The translations under genes and the position numbers were made by a program. Below the pieces are notes generated by a model. That model saw only the letters and a program-made list of their open reading frames with translations. It was not told the DNA's origin and searched no databases. DNA of 64,000 bases from Pseudomonadota bacterium (GTDB lineage Bacteria; Pseudomonadota; Alphaproteobacteria; Rickettsiales; UBA1997): positions 64,342 through 128,341 of the forward strand of contig JAZKFV010000012.1 in the NCBI GenBank assembly GCA_040386195.1, given 5' to 3'. Positions 60,325 to 64,000 of this stretch are shown in pieces. Every line of letters starts with the position of its first letter. Position 1 is the first letter of the stretch.

Positions 60325-61326
60325 ATGCAAAAATCAACAATCAAAAAACTTCTAATCACCACCACAATAATTTTATCCCCAATTCTTTACTGGCAAATCA
60401 AATATCCAAGTTACACCTATAGATACAAAGTGACTGTTGAGGTTGAAACTCCGCAAGGAATTAAAACTGGGTCTAGTGTGGTTGAGGTGCATACAAATCG
60501 ATATCCTGGCTGGGTGATTCTTAGTAGTGCTAATGTTGTGGTTGATAAAAAGATCAAGGGTGAAGGAACGATTGTGGATATTGCAGAAGGCAAAACCCTA
60601 TTTGTTTTATTAAACGGCGCTCCTTCAGAAGGCAATCCTCATGCCTTGATATATAATGCAGTTAAAGCTCCAGAGGGTTATGGCCGATACGATAAATATT
60701 ATGCGAATACGAAGAATGCCAAAGGAATTCTACCAAGAGATAAATATCCCCGAATGGTGAGTGCCGTCAAAGATCAAGATGGGCAGGTTAAATTTACAAT
60801 TGTTGAACGAACAGGATCTGTTTCGGAGCTGGTAGCTAATTTTTTTGCCGCAATAGAAGGTGATTCCAAAAAATCTGATTTTGATAATTTTATCAGGGAA
60901 CGTAATTTAAAAAACTTATATGAAAAAATCAAAGATCATAAAACAATATTATCAGATTCAGAAGCCTTGTTGATGCTGAGTGATTTAGTTTCTTATATGC
61001 AGCAAAAAAACAATAAATTTGATCCTGAGATCAAAAATATCAAGTGGTTATCGGAATATGAAACGAAGAAGGCTCTATCAAAAATAGAGCAAGAACTTAG
61101 CGGCGATAAGAATCCCTACCTATTAGTTTTTAAGAGGAGTCCAGAATTAGAAAAAGTTTTTGGTGAAGGGGTAAGAATTAAGCAGATAACTGTTGAAACT
61201 ACGAATGATAAGTTGGAGTGGAAGATAGAAAAGTTACCAATATGGAACGAAATAATAAAATACGTAGATGATACTGCTAGGGATAGCAACAACTTTACAT
61301 ATTTGCCATTTTCCATCAAGTACTAA
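60325..61326 (+). CDS. Hypothetical membrane-anchored protein immediately upstream of the second lipase-RTX gene
   Basis: 333-aa ORF with an N-terminal TM (LLITTTIILSPILYW). I recognised no family. It ends 32 nt before the lipase ATG. Confidence 0.5.
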   Translation: MQKSTIKKLLITTTIILSPILYWQIKYPSYTYRYKVTVEVETPQGIKTGSSVVEVHTNRYPGWVILSSANVVVDKKIKGEGTIVDIAEGKTLFVLLNGAPSEGNPHALIYNAVKAPEGYGRYDKYYANTKNAKGILPRDKYPRMVSAVKDQDGQVKFTIVERTGSVSELVANFFAAIEGDSKKSDFDNFIRERNLKNLYEKIKDHKTILSDSEALLMLSDLVSYMQQKNNKFDPEIKNIKWLSEYETKKALSKIEQELSGDKNPYLLVFKRSPELEKVFGEGVRIKQITVETTNDKLEWKIEKLPIWNEIIKYVDDTARDSNNFTYLPFSIKY

Positions 61327-61358
61327 TTAAATTATCAACTCAGAATAAAACTAAAATT

Positions 61359-62831
61359 ATGACAAACAATATAACAAACAAAACCCTCTTAAATGCCATC
61401 TTGGCAATGGATTCTTACAACCGTGGATATGGTGAAAAAGTGAAAGATTTGCCAAGTACAAAAGGAACAAAAATTGGTAATGCTGTGATTCAAAAACAAA
61501 GCGAAATTAATCCAACTTCATCTGAAGTAAACGCCTCCTTCTACGCCATCTCCTACACCCACAACAACGAAACCATAATCTCCTATCGAGGAACCGATAA
61601 CGCTCTGGACACTGCAACTGGCTGGACAACTGGTTCTGGCGCCCATAAATCAGACCAAGCATATCTAGCTGCTGATTTTTACAAATCGGTAATCGGCAAT
61701 ACCAGCCCTTATAATGCCAATGTTGAATTTGTCGGTCATTCGCTGGGTGGTGGTCTTGCTGGTTTAATGGCAAAATTATATAACAAGGAAGCGACCATCT
61801 TTGATAATATGCCCTTTGAAAAATCAGCGACCGGCGCTTATGTTGGTGCTACCGCTATTGATAACAGAACCGGATTGTTAATTGATCAAGAATTAAGGGA
61901 TCGATATTACTTCAATGGTGCAACTCCACAGCCACACGATTTAAACCCTGATTATTCAAAAATCAAAGCCTATGCCACAACTGGTGAGATACTGTCCCTT
62001 ATAAGACCAGCGCAAAGTGCTCCAGTTGATTATTTAGATTCTAACGGTGGATTAAGAAGTCAATTTGATTTACACAGCCAAGCCCTCTTAGTTACCCTTT
62101 TATACTCCCAACAACAAAAGGAGCTAAACAACGTAACCGAAGACTGGATTGCCTTTGGCAAAGAATTAATGGACTCACTATTCAACAATGACATAGCCAA
62201 AAGCCTTAACATTATGGAGAATGAAAACCCACCAGTTGAAGGCAGCGCCGACAAAATGCTCAATAAAATCGCCTATTCCGCACTTCACGCTACAGCTGAA
62301 AGTGGTACAAATGGAGAAATCGCCAACGATGAACTGGTCTTCGGCGATACTTCTATTCAGGCCCTCTTCAACGATGCCAATGAATTTGGTAAAATTCTTC
62401 AGCTAGATAATCTTCCTAAGATTTTCAAAGTTACACCACTTCATGGAACTCCTTATAGTGAATGGAATATTAGAGAAGGTGTTGCCAAAATGCTCGTCCA
62501 ATTTGCTGCCAAATTAGCTGAGGGTAAAACTTTCTACTCAAATCATTCTGAAGCAATAAATGGAATGCTAAACTTCAATTCCAGTTCAAATATTTTAACT
62601 TTAGATGTTTCTAAAGATTCTAACTCCTTATGGGACGATACTTCTCCAATAGAAAAACAAGCAATGCTGAATAATTTATATATAAAATTCGGCATCTCTA
62701 ATTTTTCCCATTTACCAAACGCAGATGATGTTGATCACATCATCATTGCCACCACAGATAACGGCGTTACTAACGATTCTTTCACAGAAGATTCTAACGA
62801 CACAAGCGTAATATTTGGAGGCTATGGTAAT
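61359..62831 (+). CDS. Class-3 lipase-like domain protein: 5' part of a lipase-RTX paralog ending at a frameshift-created stop
   Basis: This ORF is NOT in the supplied ORF track. I hand-translated it from the ATG at 61359: MTNNITNKTLLNAILAMDSYNRGYGEKVKD...ISYRGTDN...VEFVGHSLGGGLAGLMAKLY...SVIFGG, then LW-stop (TAA at 62829-31). I met no internal stops. The coordinates need computational confirmation. Confidence 0.65.
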
Positions 62832-64000
62832 GATACATTGCGAGGATCAGATGGTCAGGATGTTTTAATTGGGGGATTTGGAAATGATAATCTGAGTGGC
62901 GGAATTGGGAATGATATTTTAGATGGTGGAGCAAATGATGGAAACGTTTTACTAAATCAAAACAATGGCTCCTCCGACACTCTCTCCGGCAGCTTTGGCT
63001 CCGACACCTACATTTTCTCCGGCTCCTTCGGCAACGACACCATCATCGATGATGGGCTTGGAGTTAATGTTAACGGGGCTATAATCAAAGATAAAATCAT
63101 CATCAACAATCAAACTATTTTCGGCATTGCCAATTATATAGAAGGTGGCACTAGTTGGAAACTAGGATCTTATATCATCACTAAATCTGGAAGTTCTTTA
63201 CAAATAGTTTCTTCCTCAGCTAATGCCTCAGGCGCCATAAACATAAATAACTTCACCAACGGTGACTTTGGTATCACCCTTCAAGAAAAGCCGGAAGAGC
63301 CCGGAATTGATGATGATGTTTCTCCTCAAATTGGAATAGGTGAGAATGCTAATGCGGCTAGAAGATCTGATCCTTTAACTTTGGATTTGAATCATAATGG
63401 TCGGATTGATCTGATATCTTTAAATCAATCTGATGCCAAATTTGATTTACAAGGTGATGGTCTGAAACGTAAGGTTGGGTGGGTTGGTGGCAATGATAGT
63501 AATAATGACGGAATAATTGATGACATTGCTAATGACGGATCAAGATTAAATGATGCGGATGGATTTTTAGTTTTAGATTCTAATAACAATGGAGTTGTTG
63601 ATAATATCAATGAACTATTCGGTCATAAAAATGCCGATGGAACTACTACCACAGGAACAGATGAGTTAAGTCTTTATGATTTAAACCAAGACGGCAAAAT
63701 TAACAGCAATGACAGCGTTTTCAATCAACTAAAAATCTGGCAAGATTTCAATGGCAACGGCACTACGGAAGCTGGAGAATTATCCAATCTGAGTGATCAC
63801 AACATTGCAAACATTAACCTTGAAACTTCTATTTCTAATCAAAACATTAACGGCAATGTTATTTTATCTTCTGGAACTTTTGAATTTAACGACCCAAACA
63901 ACATCAACCCAATTACCAACCTGCCAAGAACAATAACCTCGGTAATTGCCAACCTTGATTTAGCCTTTGATCCAACTAATTCCGAAGGTTATGGTTATCA
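62815..64000 (+). CDS. RTX Ca-binding repeat region: 3' part of the lipase-RTX paralog, in the +1 frame, running off the window end
   Basis: This frame opens after the TAA at 62809-11. From 62821 it reads GYGNDTLRGSDGQDVLIGGFGNDNLSGGIGNDILDGG...SDTYIFSGSFGNDTIIDDGLG...NNFTNGDFGITL...DPLTLDLNHNGRIDL...IWQDFNGNGTTEAGEL, colinear with residues after the lipase domain of the 12416-16900 product. There is no stop up to position 64000. Confidence 0.65.

Overview
This is an AT-rich chromosomal window with about 60 genes. Gene content suggests an intracellular alphaproteobacterium of the Rickettsiales/Holosporales amoeba-symbiont type, but that is inference only. A housekeeping backbone (DEAD-box helicase, murA, dcd, ilvE, mltA, cysS, ctaG, ribH, ligA, xerD, rnhA, acpS, qor, thiL, thiD, purE, murD, mutM, purF, xseB, pgsA, topA, fadE-like, aroC, recQ, one tRNA-Pro) is interrupted by accessory cargo. 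I saw no rRNA, CRISPR array, transposase or phage integrase.

The items most worth a second look:
1. An MNIO (DUF692)/DUF2063 RiPP operon of the bufferin type sits between thiD and thiL. It carries a DUF2282 precursor plus an extra small lipoprotein with repeated AHKC motifs, a candidate second and undescribed substrate.
2. A 7-nt AGTCGTA microsatellite occurs at three loci. Two copies are inverted and bracket the start codon and signal peptide of a secreted SNase-like nuclease. One of these lies inside the coding sequence.
3. Two tandem paralogous genes encode roughly 510-aa prepilin-leader proteins with a large Cys-rich C-terminal extension.
4. Several proteins look eukaryote-like: a Pth-like/ankyrin/GATase-like fusion, an F-box protein with cysteine-containing LRRs, and an RNI/NLR-type LRR protein with an SR-rich tail.
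5. Two lipase-RTX giant proteins are present. The second is absent from the supplied ORF track and is interrupted by an apparent +1 frameshift in a G run.
6. A GC-rich structured intergenic element may be a small RNA.

All domain calls come from motif recognition by eye. No searches were run.
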